DNA from: Luteitalea sp.
Lineage (GTDB): Bacteria > Acidobacteriota > Vicinamibacteria > Vicinamibacterales > CAVVIG01
NCBI GenBank assembly: GCA_009380045.1
Contig: WHSN01000002.1
Span: 9,744 to 73,743, forward strand
Direction: 5' to 3'
DNA length: 64,000 nt
The notes below the pieces were generated by a model. It made no database searches, was not told where the DNA came from, and was given only the letters and a program-made list of their open reading frames with translations. The first letter of the stretch is position 1; each line of letters opens with the position of its first letter. The translations under genes and the position numbers were made by a program. This document shows positions 1 through 8,792 of this stretch, in pieces.

Positions 1-365
1 CCGCTCGTCCCGGCGTCCACGTAGGCGATCTGTTTCTGCCGCAACGCCTCGGCCCGCCGGAGATCGTCGTGGAAATTCGTGTTGCCGCCGTCGATGATCA
101 CGTCACCCGCGGCGAGAAGGCTTCCGAGGGCGGCGACGGTCGATTCGGTGGGCGCTCCGGAAGGGACCATCAGCCAGACTGCCCGTCTGGGCGGCAGCGC
201 CGCGACCAGGGCTTCGAGGGATGCGACGCCGCTCGCCCCGGCGGCTTCGGCGTTCCTGACCGCATCCGGGCTGCGATCGAAGGCGACAATCTCGTGGCCG
301 CCGCGCGTGAGACGCGTGACCATGTTCAGGCCCATCTTCCCGAGACCGACGAATCCGAGTTGCAT
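1..365 (-). CDS. gnd: 6-phosphogluconate dehydrogenase (decarboxylating), N-terminal part; gene runs off the left window edge
   Basis: Not in the ORF track because it has no stop in the window. Manual translation of the minus strand from the ATG at 365-363 gives MQLGFVGLGKMGLNMVTRLTRGGHEIVAFDRSPDAV...VWLMVPSG...VIIDGGNTNF. This is the Rossmann GxGxMG N-terminus plus DGGN motif of short-type Gnd. Confidence 0.8.
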   Translation of the reverse strand, partial: MQLGFVGLGKMGLNMVTRLTRGGHEIVAFDRSPDAVRNAEAAGASGVASLEALVAALPPRRAVWLMVPSGAPTESTVAALGSLLAAGDVIIDGGNTNFHDDLRRAEALRQKQIAYVDAGTS

Positions 366-471
366 ATGCTCTCCCGAGGCCACCGCGAGCCGGTGCGCTG
401 TGCGGTGATCGTTGTGATGTGGCTCCAGTAGGCCATAGGCTGGCAAATCCCGCCCCTGGTTCCGTCGGTGC

Positions 472-2178
472 TCAGGCGGACCGTTCCAGAGCGCCCAGCG
501 CCTCGATCAGCACGGCGGCGTCCGGTGAAGGCAGGTGCAGGTGGACAGCGCGGCGGCCGGTCGCATCGAGCGACGCGAAGTCGCCGAGCGCCTGGGCCAG
601 CTCGAGCGTGCCGAACGAGAAAGGCTGACCGGGAATCGCCAGGTCGTCGTGCGGTGTTGCCGTCACGATCACGAAGACTCCGGTATTGGGCCCCCCCTTG
701 TGCAGCTGTCCGGTGGAGTGCAGATAGCGCGGACCATAGCCCAGCATCGTGGCAGCCCGCGTGCGGTTCCGCACGTGACGCCGGAAGGCATCCAGTGCCT
801 CGGCAAGCGCGGGGTCTGGACCGAGGTAGGCGAGCAGCACGACGTAATCGCCAGGCTCGACCAGTTGCAAGATGCCCGCTGGGCTTGCCCCGTTCAAGCG
901 ATCCCGCGCGGCGGCTGTTGTCGCAACCGTCACACCGCCTCGCAGCGTGACGTCCGCCGCCGGAATCGGCAGACGTCCTTCCTCCTCGCGCCGGCCCAAC
1001 AACACTTTCGTGGCTTCCTTCGCCTGCTGGACGTTCGGTTCGTCGAACGGGTTGATGCCGAGCAACGCGCCGGCGATGGCGGTTGCGACTTCCCAACGCA
1101 TGAACTCCGCGCCGAGCGCGGTGCGCTCGAGCAGGTCGATGCGGACGAGCGGCGCGATCTTGCCAAGCACGCGAACCGCGGCGTCGTCGTCCGCCGTCGT
1201 CTCGCCGATTGCGTGCAGCTGCACGAAGAGGCGATCCGGCCCGTAGGCGTCCGGCAGTCCGAGCACTTCACCCGCGATCGGCACGACGCCGACCCCCTGC
1301 TTGCCGGTGCTCTCTGCCACCAGCTGTTCGACCCAGAGGCCGAACGGCTCGAAGGCCGGCGGGAGTACCAGCGTCACCTTGTCGTGCCCTTCGATCGCCG
1401 CCGCACCGATCAACAGCCCGAGGCCCACCGCGGGGTTCGCGAGGGGTTCCCTGGCAGCCGTCTGCGCCTCGTCGAGCATGGCGATCGCCCACGAGAGCAG
1501 CCCTTCGATGTCCTGGCCCATGAGCGCCGCCGGCACCAGTCCGAAGAATGACAGCGCCGAGTAGCGGCCACCGATGTCGGCCGGGTTGACGAAGAGGTCG
1601 CGAAACCGCTCGCGCTCGGCGCGAACCGCGAGCTCGGTCCCAGGGTCGGTGATCGCGACGAAGTGATCCGCCCATCGCAGCCCGGCGCGGTCGAGTGTCT
1701 GCTGAAAGTGGGCGGCGAGCGAATTCGGCTCGATGGTCGTTCCGGATTTGCTCGCCAGAAGAAACAATGTCTTGTCGGGCGGCTGGACGACAGCACGCAC
1801 GGCCGCCGGATCGGTTGAATCCAGCACCTGCAGCGCCGGCCAGCCAGGGGCGACACCGAGCACTCCACGGAGCACTTCCGGCGCCAGGCTGGAACCACCC
1901 ATGCCGAGCAGCACGACGTGCGTGAATCCATCGGCTTTGACCCGCTCCGCGAAGGCGCGCACCCGCCCAATCGAGCCGGCCATCAAGCTTGGAGAACCGA
2001 GCCACCCGAGCCGATTGGCGATCCTCTCTTGCGCAGCCGCATCGCCGCTCCAGACGGCAGGGTCGCGGCGCCACAAACCGGCAGCGATGCGTTCGGCGTC
2101 GGCGGCGTGCCTCCGAAGCGCGGTCGCGAGTGGTCCCGGGGACGGGTGGAACCCGTGCAGAAGAGCGGCGCGATGCAT
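472..2178 (-). CDS. pgi: glucose-6-phosphate isomerase
   Basis: ORF 472..2313. The conserved body starts at the internal ATG 2178 (MHRAALLHGF). PGI signatures LLASKSGTTIEP and DIGGRYSALS are present. It lies directly upstream of gnd on the same strand. Confidence 0.85.
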   Translation of the reverse strand: MHRAALLHGFHPSPGPLATALRRHAADAERIAAGLWRRDPAVWSGDAAAQERIANRLGWLGSPSLMAGSIGRVRAFAERVKADGFTHVVLLGMGGSSLAPEVLRGVLGVAPGWPALQVLDSTDPAAVRAVVQPPDKTLFLLASKSGTTIEPNSLAAHFQQTLDRAGLRWADHFVAITDPGTELAVRAERERFRDLFVNPADIGGRYSALSFFGLVPAALMGQDIEGLLSWAIAMLDEAQTAAREPLANPAVGLGLLIGAAAIEGHDKVTLVLPPAFEPFGLWVEQLVAESTGKQGVGVVPIAGEVLGLPDAYGPDRLFVQLHAIGETTADDDAAVRVLGKIAPLVRIDLLERTALGAEFMRWEVATAIAGALLGINPFDEPNVQQAKEATKVLLGRREEEGRLPIPAADVTLRGGVTVATTAAARDRLNGASPAGILQLVEPGDYVVLLAYLGPDPALAEALDAFRRHVRNRTRAATMLGYGPRYLHSTGQLHKGGPNTGVFVIVTATPHDDLAIPGQPFSFGTLELAQALGDFASLDATGRRAVHLHLPSPDAAVLIEALGALERSA

Positions 2179-2194
2179 CACGGTAGAATACCGT

Positions 2195-2440
2195 ATGGCT
2201 CGCGGGTTCGAGAGCAAGGACGTCGAGTTCCAGCAGGCTGAGGCTGAACGGGAGAAGGCGGTCGGACCGGAGCTGACGGCCGACCAGCGTCGCCTGGCGG
2301 AGCGGCGACGCACGACCGAACTGTCGCTGGCGCGAGCGAAGGGCGACCTCGACGCCGCGAAGCGGCCGGCGCATCGGCGGATGCTTCAACAGGCGGTCGC
2401 GGTCCTCGAAGCGGAGCTGGCCGCAGCCCCGGAACGATGA
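2195..2440 (+). CDS. small hypothetical protein (81 aa, charged and helical-looking)
   Basis: Tail of ORF 1733..2440 from ATG 2195 (MARGFESKDVEFQQAEAEREK...). Third codon positions are G/C-rich like real genes here. Its stop overlaps the tesA start in ATGA at 2437-2440. A TAGAAT box lies 5 nt upstream of the ATG. No family recognised. Confidence 0.45.
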   Translation: MARGFESKDVEFQQAEAEREKAVGPELTADQRRLAERRRTTELSLARAKGDLDAAKRPAHRRMLQQAVAVLEAELAAAPER

Positions 2441-3174
2441 CTCTCGCCTGCCCGCGCCTTCCGCACTGGTGTGCCGCCACACTGCTTCTCATCGCCGCCG
2501 CATGCGGCGGGAATGACGCTTCCAACGACACGCGCGGTACGGCGGAGCCAGCGGTTTCGGCCGTCCCGGCCACGCCCGAGACCAGAGCGGGGCGCGACCC
2601 ATCACCGCGGCCCGACATGGCAGGCGGGCGGCCCCGTGTCGTCGCCCTCGGTGACAGCCTCACGGCCGGTCTGGGCTTGAAGCCCGAGGCCGCCTATCCG
2701 GCCCTCCTCCAGCGGCGGCTCGACGAGGAGGGCGTCCAATACGAGGTGGTGAACGCCGGCGTGTCAGGCGATACGTCGGCCGGCGGATTGAGCCGGCTCG
2801 ACTGGGCACTGGACGGCGATGTCCGCGTGCTCATCGTGGCGCTGGGCGGGAACGATGCCTTGCGCGGGCTGCCGGTCGAGCAGCTGCGGCGGAATCTCTC
2901 CACGATCATCGAGCGTGCGCAAACGCGCCAGATCGAGGTCCTGCTCGCCGGCATGGAAGCGCCGCCGAACTTCGGCCAGTCCTACACCGTCTCCTTCCAC
3001 GAGGCCTACGCCGATCTCGCCAGGCAGTACGACGTCGCCTTCGTCCCCTTTCTTCTCGAAAGAGTCGCCGGAATCGCGTCGTTGAACCAGCGCGACGGCA
3101 TCCACCCGACTGCCGAGGGGGCCCGCATCGTTGCCGACAACGTGTGGCGGGCACTGAGACCGATGCTTCAATGA
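2437..3174 (+). CDS. tesA: SGNH/GDSL arylesterase / lysophospholipase L1-like lipoprotein (TesA-like)
   Basis: Contains GDSLTAG (block I), GGNDALRG (block III) and the DGIHP catalytic His block. The N-terminus has a lipobox-like LIAAAC. Synteny with ybbA/ybbP-like genes matches E. coli. Confidence 0.8.
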   Translation: MTLACPRLPHWCAATLLLIAAACGGNDASNDTRGTAEPAVSAVPATPETRAGRDPSPRPDMAGGRPRVVALGDSLTAGLGLKPEAAYPALLQRRLDEEGVQYEVVNAGVSGDTSAGGLSRLDWALDGDVRVLIVALGGNDALRGLPVEQLRRNLSTIIERAQTRQIEVLLAGMEAPPNFGQSYTVSFHEAYADLARQYDVAFVPFLLERVAGIASLNQRDGIHPTAEGARIVADNVWRALRPMLQ

Positions 3175-3827
3175 TTGAGCTGCGCGATGTTTCGAAGACA
3201 GTCACGAGCGGCACCGAGCCGCTCACCATCCTCCATCCGCTGACCACCTCAATTCCGCGCGGGGAGTTCGTCGCGATCGTCGGTCCGTCCGGCAGCGGCA
3301 AGTCGACGCTGCTTGGCTTGATTGCCGGCCTCGACTCGCCGACCTCAGGCTCGGTGCTCATCGACGGCGTCGACATCACCCGACTCGACGAAGATGTCCT
3401 GGCGAAGCTGCGCGGCGAGAAAATCGGGTTCGTCTTCCAGTTCTTCCATCTCATTCCCTCGCTCACCGCGTTCGAGAACGTCGCGGTGCCGATGGAGATC
3501 CGCGGCAACGGCGACGCGGCGCCGCGCGCGCGGGCGCTGCTCGAGGAAGTCGGTCTGACCGGTCGCGCCCACCACTATCCCTCGCAGCTCTCAGGCGGCG
3601 AACAGCAGCGGGTGGCGCTAGCCCGTGCCCTCGCCAACGATCCGCCGATTGTGCTCGCGGACGAGCCGACCGGCAACCTCGATACCGCCAACGGCCGCCT
3701 GATCATGGACCTGCTCCGCAACGTTCACCGCGGCCGGAATACCACGCTCGTGCTCGTAACTCACGATGCCGAGCTCGCTGCGATGGCGGATACGCGGATT
3801 ACCATGCGCGATGGCCGGGTGATGTGA
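3171..3827 (+). CDS. ybbA: ABC transporter ATP-binding protein (YbbA/LolD-like)
   Basis: Walker [10 protein letters not shown], signature [15 protein letters not shown] and Walker [13 protein letters not shown]. The likely start MIELRDV at 3171 overlaps the tesA stop (ATGA). The track ORF begins at 3144. Confidence 0.85.
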   Translation: MIELRDVSKTVTSGTEPLTILHPLTTSIPRGEFVAIVGPSGSGKSTLLGLIAGLDSPTSGSVLIDGVDITRLDEDVLAKLRGEKIGFVFQFFHLIPSLTAFENVAVPMEIRGNGDAAPRARALLEEVGLTGRAHHYPSQLSGGEQQRVALARALANDPPIVLADEPTGNLDTANGRLIMDLLRNVHRGRNTTLVLVTHDAELAAMADTRITMRDGRVM

Positions 3828-6376
3828 TGTTCGTTCTCAGGATGGCCGTCCGCGAGACCCGGTCGTCATGGCGGCGGCTGTTGTTCTTCTTCATCTGCAT
3901 CGCCGTCGGTGTCGCGGCCATCGTCGCGCTGCGCTCGGTCATCCAGAGCGTTCGAGGGGTGTTCGGCCGCGAAGCGAAATCGCTGATCGCCGCCGATGTG
4001 CTCATTTCCACCAACCGCGAGTGGACGCCCGCGGCGCGCGCGGCCATCGACAGGCGGCTCGCGGAGGCCGGGGCGCCGTTGAGCACCGAGACCATCGAGA
4101 CGCCGACGATGGTGCGGCCGTCGGACGAGAGCCGGGTTTCGGCCCGCATGGTCGAACTGCGCGCGATTCAAGCCGCGTTTCCCCTCTACGGCACGCTCGA
4201 GCTCGCGAGCGGGGAACCGTACACGCACGCGATGCTCGAGGATCGTGGGGTGCTCGTGCGGCCAGAGCTGCTCACCTCGCTCGGCCTGACGGTCGGCGAC
4301 CAGATGACGATCGGGAACGCCGCGTTCACGATCCGTGGCGTCATCACGAACGAGCCAGGTCGAAGAGTCGGCGACTTCAGCCTGGGGCCGCGCGTCCTCG
4401 TCGACTACGCCGATCTCCCGGCGGCCGGGCTTCTCGCGTTCGGCAGCCGCGCCCGCCGTGTTGTGCTGGTGAAAGTGCCGGACGACAAGATCGATCCGCT
4501 CGTCACGGCACTCCGCTCCGACTTCAAGGACGAGTTCGTGAACACGCGCTCCTATCGCGGAACAGACGACGAGATCGGGGAAGACTTCGAGCGTGCGGAG
4601 AACTACCTGAGCCTTGTGGGCCTGGTGATCGTCATCCTGGGAGGCATCGCCGTTTCGAGCGTCACCCGCGTGTTCGTCCAACAGAAGATGCGCAGCATCG
4701 CGGTTCTCAAGTGCATCGGCGCTCGGAGCGGCCAGATCATCACCGTCTACATGCTGCAGGTGATGACGCTCGGGCTCGCCGGCAGCATCCTCGGCGTGCT
4801 GCTCGCCCGTCTCGCCATTGCCGCCATGCCGTACGCGGTGGCATCGGCCGCGTCGTCGTCGCCGGCGTCGTCGCTGCTGTCGGATGTCGACTACGGTGTG
4901 TCGTGGAGCGCGGCCGGACAGGGGGTTGGCATCGGGGTGCTGGTGTCGCTGCTGTTCTCGGTGGTGCCGCTGCTTCAGGTGCGGTTGGTGAAGCCGTCGT
5001 TGCTGCTGAGGGATGAAAGCGTGGCGGGCGCCCGTGACTGGACCCGTCTCGGCGCCATCGTGCTGGTGTCCGCCGGTCTCGTGGCGCTCACGGCCTGGCA
5101 GGCGTCGTCGTTGCAGGTGGGGCTGATCGTGTGCGCCGGTTTCACGGCGCTCGCGTTCGTCCTGCAGCTGACCGGCCGGCTGCTGGTCCGCGCCGTGGCG
5201 CCGCTGGCGCTGTCGCGGTCGTTTCCGCTGCGGCACGCCGTGCTGCACCTGTCGCGCCCGGGCAACCAGACGCGGGTCATTCTCCTGGCGGTCGGCCTCG
5301 GATCGTTCTTCATCGTCGGCGTACGAGCGTTGCAGGCGAGCCTCCTCGAGGAGTTCTCGCTCGCATCGGCGGAAGACTCGCCGGACATGTTTCTCATGGA
5401 TATCCAGAGGCGGCAGGCCGACGCGGTGCGTGCGTTCCTCGATCAGCCGGCGAACGGCGCCGGAGGGTACCGGTTGATTCCGGTGCTGCGCGCGCGGGTC
5501 ACCGGCGTCAGCGGGCGGGATACCCGGCTCGACAGCTTCGAGGACGTGCGCGCGCGGGGATCGCTGGCGCGCGAGTACACCATCACCTACCGGGACCGGC
5601 TCGAAGAGAACGAGCGGCTTGTCGACGGCCAGTTCTGGCGCGGCGCCTCGTCAGACGCGGAGGTCTCGGTCGAGAAGGGGATCCATGAACGATTCGGCAT
5701 CGATGTCGGCGATGTGGTGCGGTTCGACGTCCTCGGCCGCCTCATCAACGCCCGGGTCACCAGTCTCCGGGAGGTGGATTGGAAGGATTCTCGAAGCGGC
5801 GGGTTCATGTTCGTGTTCCGGCCAGGCGTCCTCGACGACGCGCCGCAAACCTTCATTGCGCCGTTGAAGGGTCCCGAGGGACCCGATGCGCGGGCGCGGT
5901 TTCAGCACACGCTGGTCGAACAGTTTCCCAACGTATCGGTGATCGACTTCCATGAGATTCTCACGACCATTCGCGACGTGATGTCGAGGGTCACGCTGGC
6001 GATTTCCGTGGTCGGCGGTTTGGTGCTGTTCAGCGGAGCGCTGATTCTCGTCGGCGCCGTCGCGATGACCAAGTTTCAGCGGGTCTACGAGGCCGCGGTC
6101 TTCAAGACGCTCGGGGCGAACACCCGCACCATCGGCAAGATGCTGCTGTTCGAGTACGGGGTGCTCGGGCTGCTGGCCGGCACGGTCGGCTCTCTCGGCG
6201 CGGTCGCCCTCAGTTGGGGCGTGAGCCGGTATGCGCTCGACATCCCGTGGCGTGTCTTCGCCGGCGAACATCTCGGCGGCGTCGCCGTCACGGCGATCCT
6301 CGTGGCATTGATCGGTGTGGTTTCGAGCCTGGACGTGCTGCGCAACAAGCCACTCGCCACGTTGCGCGCCGAGTAG
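3824..6376 (+). CDS. ybbP: ABC transporter permease, duplicated FtsX/MacB-type (YbbP-like)
   Basis: 850-aa ORF with two FtsX-like 4-TM modules, each preceded by a large extracytoplasmic domain. Its start overlaps the ybbA stop (GTGA/TGATG at 3824-3829). Confidence 0.8.
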   Translation: MMFVLRMAVRETRSSWRRLLFFFICIAVGVAAIVALRSVIQSVRGVFGREAKSLIAADVLISTNREWTPAARAAIDRRLAEAGAPLSTETIETPTMVRPSDESRVSARMVELRAIQAAFPLYGTLELASGEPYTHAMLEDRGVLVRPELLTSLGLTVGDQMTIGNAAFTIRGVITNEPGRRVGDFSLGPRVLVDYADLPAAGLLAFGSRARRVVLVKVPDDKIDPLVTALRSDFKDEFVNTRSYRGTDDEIGEDFERAENYLSLVGLVIVILGGIAVSSVTRVFVQQKMRSIAVLKCIGARSGQIITVYMLQVMTLGLAGSILGVLLARLAIAAMPYAVASAASSSPASSLLSDVDYGVSWSAAGQGVGIGVLVSLLFSVVPLLQVRLVKPSLLLRDESVAGARDWTRLGAIVLVSAGLVALTAWQASSLQVGLIVCAGFTALAFVLQLTGRLLVRAVAPLALSRSFPLRHAVLHLSRPGNQTRVILLAVGLGSFFIVGVRALQASLLEEFSLASAEDSPDMFLMDIQRRQADAVRAFLDQPANGAGGYRLIPVLRARVTGVSGRDTRLDSFEDVRARGSLAREYTITYRDRLEENERLVDGQFWRGASSDAEVSVEKGIHERFGIDVGDVVRFDVLGRLINARVTSLREVDWKDSRSGGFMFVFRPGVLDDAPQTFIAPLKGPEGPDARARFQHTLVEQFPNVSVIDFHEILTTIRDVMSRVTLAISVVGGLVLFSGALILVGAVAMTKFQRVYEAAVFKTLGANTRTIGKMLLFEYGVLGLLAGTVGSLGAVALSWGVSRYALDIPWRVFAGEHLGGVAVTAILVALIGVVSSLDVLRNKPLATLRAE

Positions 6377-6492
6377 CCGCGGGCCATGGAGACTTGGGCT
6401 GAGCTCGCGATGGCGCTTCGAGGGGTGCGAAATGTTATGATGTTGTGTTGTGGTCGCGGCCGCGCCGCGACATGTGAGGAGCTCGTTCACGC

Positions 6493-6828
6493 ATGAATGT
6501 GCAGGCCTACAAGGACGCGCTGGTCAGGAAGCGTGACGAGCTCGTCGGCACCGGTGGCGTGAAGCCGCTGCAGGCGTCGATGGAAAACAACACCCGCCAG
6601 GGTGACATGGCCGATCAGGCGACCGGCAACAATGAAGTCCACATTGCGCTGAAGCTGAAGGCCACTGACGCCAAGATCCTTCAGGCGATTGAAGAAGCGC
6701 TGACGCGCATCGACAAAGGGACCTACGGCATCTGCCGCGACTGCGGGGAACCGATCGCGGAGGCGCGCTTGAACGCCATTCCCTGGACGCGCGTCTGCAT
6801 CACGTGCAAGGAAAAACAGAGCTCGTGA
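6493..6828 (+). CDS. DksA/TraR family C4-type zinc-finger protein
   Basis: C-terminal CRDCGEPI...RVCITC is a CxxC-N17-CxxC finger with a coiled-coil N-terminus. GAGGAG lies upstream of the ATG. Confidence 0.8.
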   Translation: MNVQAYKDALVRKRDELVGTGGVKPLQASMENNTRQGDMADQATGNNEVHIALKLKATDAKILQAIEEALTRIDKGTYGICRDCGEPIAEARLNAIPWTRVCITCKEKQSS

Positions 6829-7313
6829 ACGATCTGCTGCCGCTGCTCGAGGAGTTCCATCGCGAGAAGCTGGCCTCGTTGCTGCGACACGAAGCGGGCG
6901 CGCGCCTGATCGGACAGTACGACTTCAACAACACCTATCAGTACATCATCAACCGCGAAGACGTTCAGCTGTCGTGGGTCAGCCAGGCGATCGACGAGCT
7001 TGGCGGCTCGGCCGACAACAACGTTCAGGCGCCGGAGCGTCAGGCGCAGGGGAAGGCCGACGCCGCCGCCCGCGCGATCATGGAAGAGGATCAGCGCGAC
7101 GCACAGGCGTTCGTCGAGCGGTGGCGCCCCCGCGTCGAAGCGATGACCAACGCCCGGCAGCGCGGCATGCTGCGCGTCATCCTCGGAGAGACCCTCGAAC
7201 AGAAGCGCTTCTTCGACCAGGCGCTGGCTGGCCAGATGGATCTGCTCGGCCGGCGCCCGGATCATGTCGGTCCTCGCGTCGGCTCGGTGATGTCGACACG
7301 GTGGATCGAGTAG
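6825..7313 (+). CDS. hypothetical protein
   Basis: ORF 6804..7313. The likely GTG start at 6825 overlaps the upstream stop (GTGA). Composition and G/C-rich third positions look coding. No family recognised. Confidence 0.5.
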   Translation: MNDLLPLLEEFHREKLASLLRHEAGARLIGQYDFNNTYQYIINREDVQLSWVSQAIDELGGSADNNVQAPERQAQGKADAAARAIMEEDQRDAQAFVERWRPRVEAMTNARQRGMLRVILGETLEQKRFFDQALAGQMDLLGRRPDHVGPRVGSVMSTRWIE

Positions 7314-7774
7314 TCGCGCTCGCCGCCATCGGCCTCGGTTCCAATCTCGGCGATCGTCATGCCCATCTCGCCTACGCCCGCTCCCGCCTCGAGACGCTGC
7401 TCGCCAATCTGCGCTTCTCGTCCGTTCGCGAAACAGACCCCGTCGGCGTGCCTGGTCCGCAGACTCGGTACCTGAATGCGGCGGCGGTCGGCACGACCGA
7501 CGCCTCGCCGGAAGAGTTACTGGATGCGCTTCTCGCGATCGAGCAGGAGCGTGGACGGGAGCGCCCGTACCCGAACGCGCCTCGCACGCTCGATCTGGAT
7601 CTGCTGCTGGTGGGGGAGCTTGTAATGGCCGGCGAGCGGCTGGTGTTGCCCCATCCGCGCATGGGCTGCCGCGCCTTTGTCCTCGAGCCGCTGGCCGAGA
7701 TCGCCCCCCGGCTGCGCCACCCCGTCACCGGTCAGACGATTGGGGAAATGCTGGCGGCCTGTCGGAGACGCTGA
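7301..7774 (+). CDS. folK: 2-amino-4-hydroxy-6-hydroxymethyldihydropteridine pyrophosphokinase (HPPK)
   Basis: C-terminal 158 codons of ORF 6974..7774 from GTG 7301: AAIGLGSNLGDR...RETDPVG...YLNAAA...IEQERGRER...PRTLDLDLL...PHPR. This is the typical HPPK pattern and length. Confidence 0.8.
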   Translation: MDRVVALAAIGLGSNLGDRHAHLAYARSRLETLLANLRFSSVRETDPVGVPGPQTRYLNAAAVGTTDASPEELLDALLAIEQERGRERPYPNAPRTLDLDLLLVGELVMAGERLVLPHPRMGCRAFVLEPLAEIAPRLRHPVTGQTIGEMLAACRRR

Positions 7775-7812
7775 CGCTGACCAGGGGCCGCCTTCCGGGC
7801 GGCGCATCCCTC

Positions 7813-8754
7813 TCAGAAGTCTTTGAACGTTCGCTTCACCACTTGCGCCCAAGGATGGGTGCGCTCGTCTGCGACTGCTGGTTGGCGCCTCCCTTCCTGG
7901 GCGCTTCGAACGGATCCTGAGACCGGGATTCGCGTAGCCGTACCTTCGTAGGGAATGGCACTCGCAGGCTCCGCTTCCAGGCCTCCCGCTTCGTCGCTGG
8001 TGATGCGAACCGTGGCCACCTCGCCATTCCCGCCGAGTGGCCGGCCTGCCGTTCCATTGATCGAATAGGCGACGGTTGCTGCGTCTCCGACGCTGAGCGT
8101 GATCGTGCTGCGCGCCTCAACCAGACTGCGCTCACCTGGCTGCATGAGGCGATAGATCACGCGCTCCCCATCTGCCAGGACGGAGACCCAACATGGGCCA
8201 TTGAGTCGAAGCTCCAGCCGCAACGACGCCGCACCCGTGTCTGCGACGGCCGTGTTGACGAACTCGACGTGCTCGATGCCATCCAATTCGTCTGTCGGCG
8301 CCGCGGCTTCTGGAGGGTTGGACTCGACCGCGTTCAGCGTCCGATCTTCGTGTGATGGCTCCTGGCGGAAGCGGGTGAGCCCCATTAGGAGCAATCCGCA
8401 GATCAGGAGTCCGAGGCAGATCGCCAACCCGGCCGCCGCCCGGCGAAGCGTACGAGACCGGTCGTCGTAACCAGCGTCGTGCATCGGCAGCGCGTCGGCG
8501 GGTAGTTCGGCTTCGAATTTCGCGCGATACTCGCGTGCGAGTTCGTCTGCGTTCAACCCCACCTCGGCCGCGAACGCCCGCACGTAAGCCCTTCGGAACA
8601 CTCCGCCCGGAAGACGGGCGAAGTCGTTGTGCTCGATGGCATTGAGCGCGGTGGTCGAGATCTTGGTGGTATTGGCGATGTCCCGGAGCGTCAGCCCTCG
8701 CTGCTCGCGAGCCTGGTGGAGGCGGGAACCGATATCCGTAGCGGTCTGGTCCAT
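7813..8754 (-). CDS. RodZ-like protein: XRE-type HTH, one TM segment and a DUF4115-like C-terminal domain
   Basis: The N-terminus IGSRLHQAREQRGLTLRDIANTTKISTTALNAIE is an HTH. A TM segment (AAGLAICLGLLICGLLLMGL) follows. The C-terminus is beta-rich (LELRLNGPCWVSVLADGE...). I chose the ATG at 8754; an alternative TTG at 8796 overlaps the upstream stop. Confidence 0.7.
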   Translation of the reverse strand: MDQTATDIGSRLHQAREQRGLTLRDIANTTKISTTALNAIEHNDFARLPGGVFRRAYVRAFAAEVGLNADELAREYRAKFEAELPADALPMHDAGYDDRSRTLRRAAAGLAICLGLLICGLLLMGLTRFRQEPSHEDRTLNAVESNPPEAAAPTDELDGIEHVEFVNTAVADTGAASLRLELRLNGPCWVSVLADGERVIYRLMQPGERSLVEARSTITLSVGDAATVAYSINGTAGRPLGGNGEVATVRITSDEAGGLEAEPASAIPYEGTATRIPVSGSVRSAQEGRRQPAVADERTHPWAQVVKRTFKDF

Positions 8755-8792
8755 GTGGAACCCATGTGAATGAGACACCGGCCTGGCCAGGG

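Noticed and set aside
3866-5248. 460-aa antisense ORF, and the 382-aa same-strand off-frame ORF 3868..5016, inside the ybbP-like gene
   Set aside because: The translations are Arg/Gly/His/Asp/Pro-rich with no motifs. Both overlap a clearly homologous FtsX-type permease frame. They are typical shadow ORFs of GC-rich DNA.
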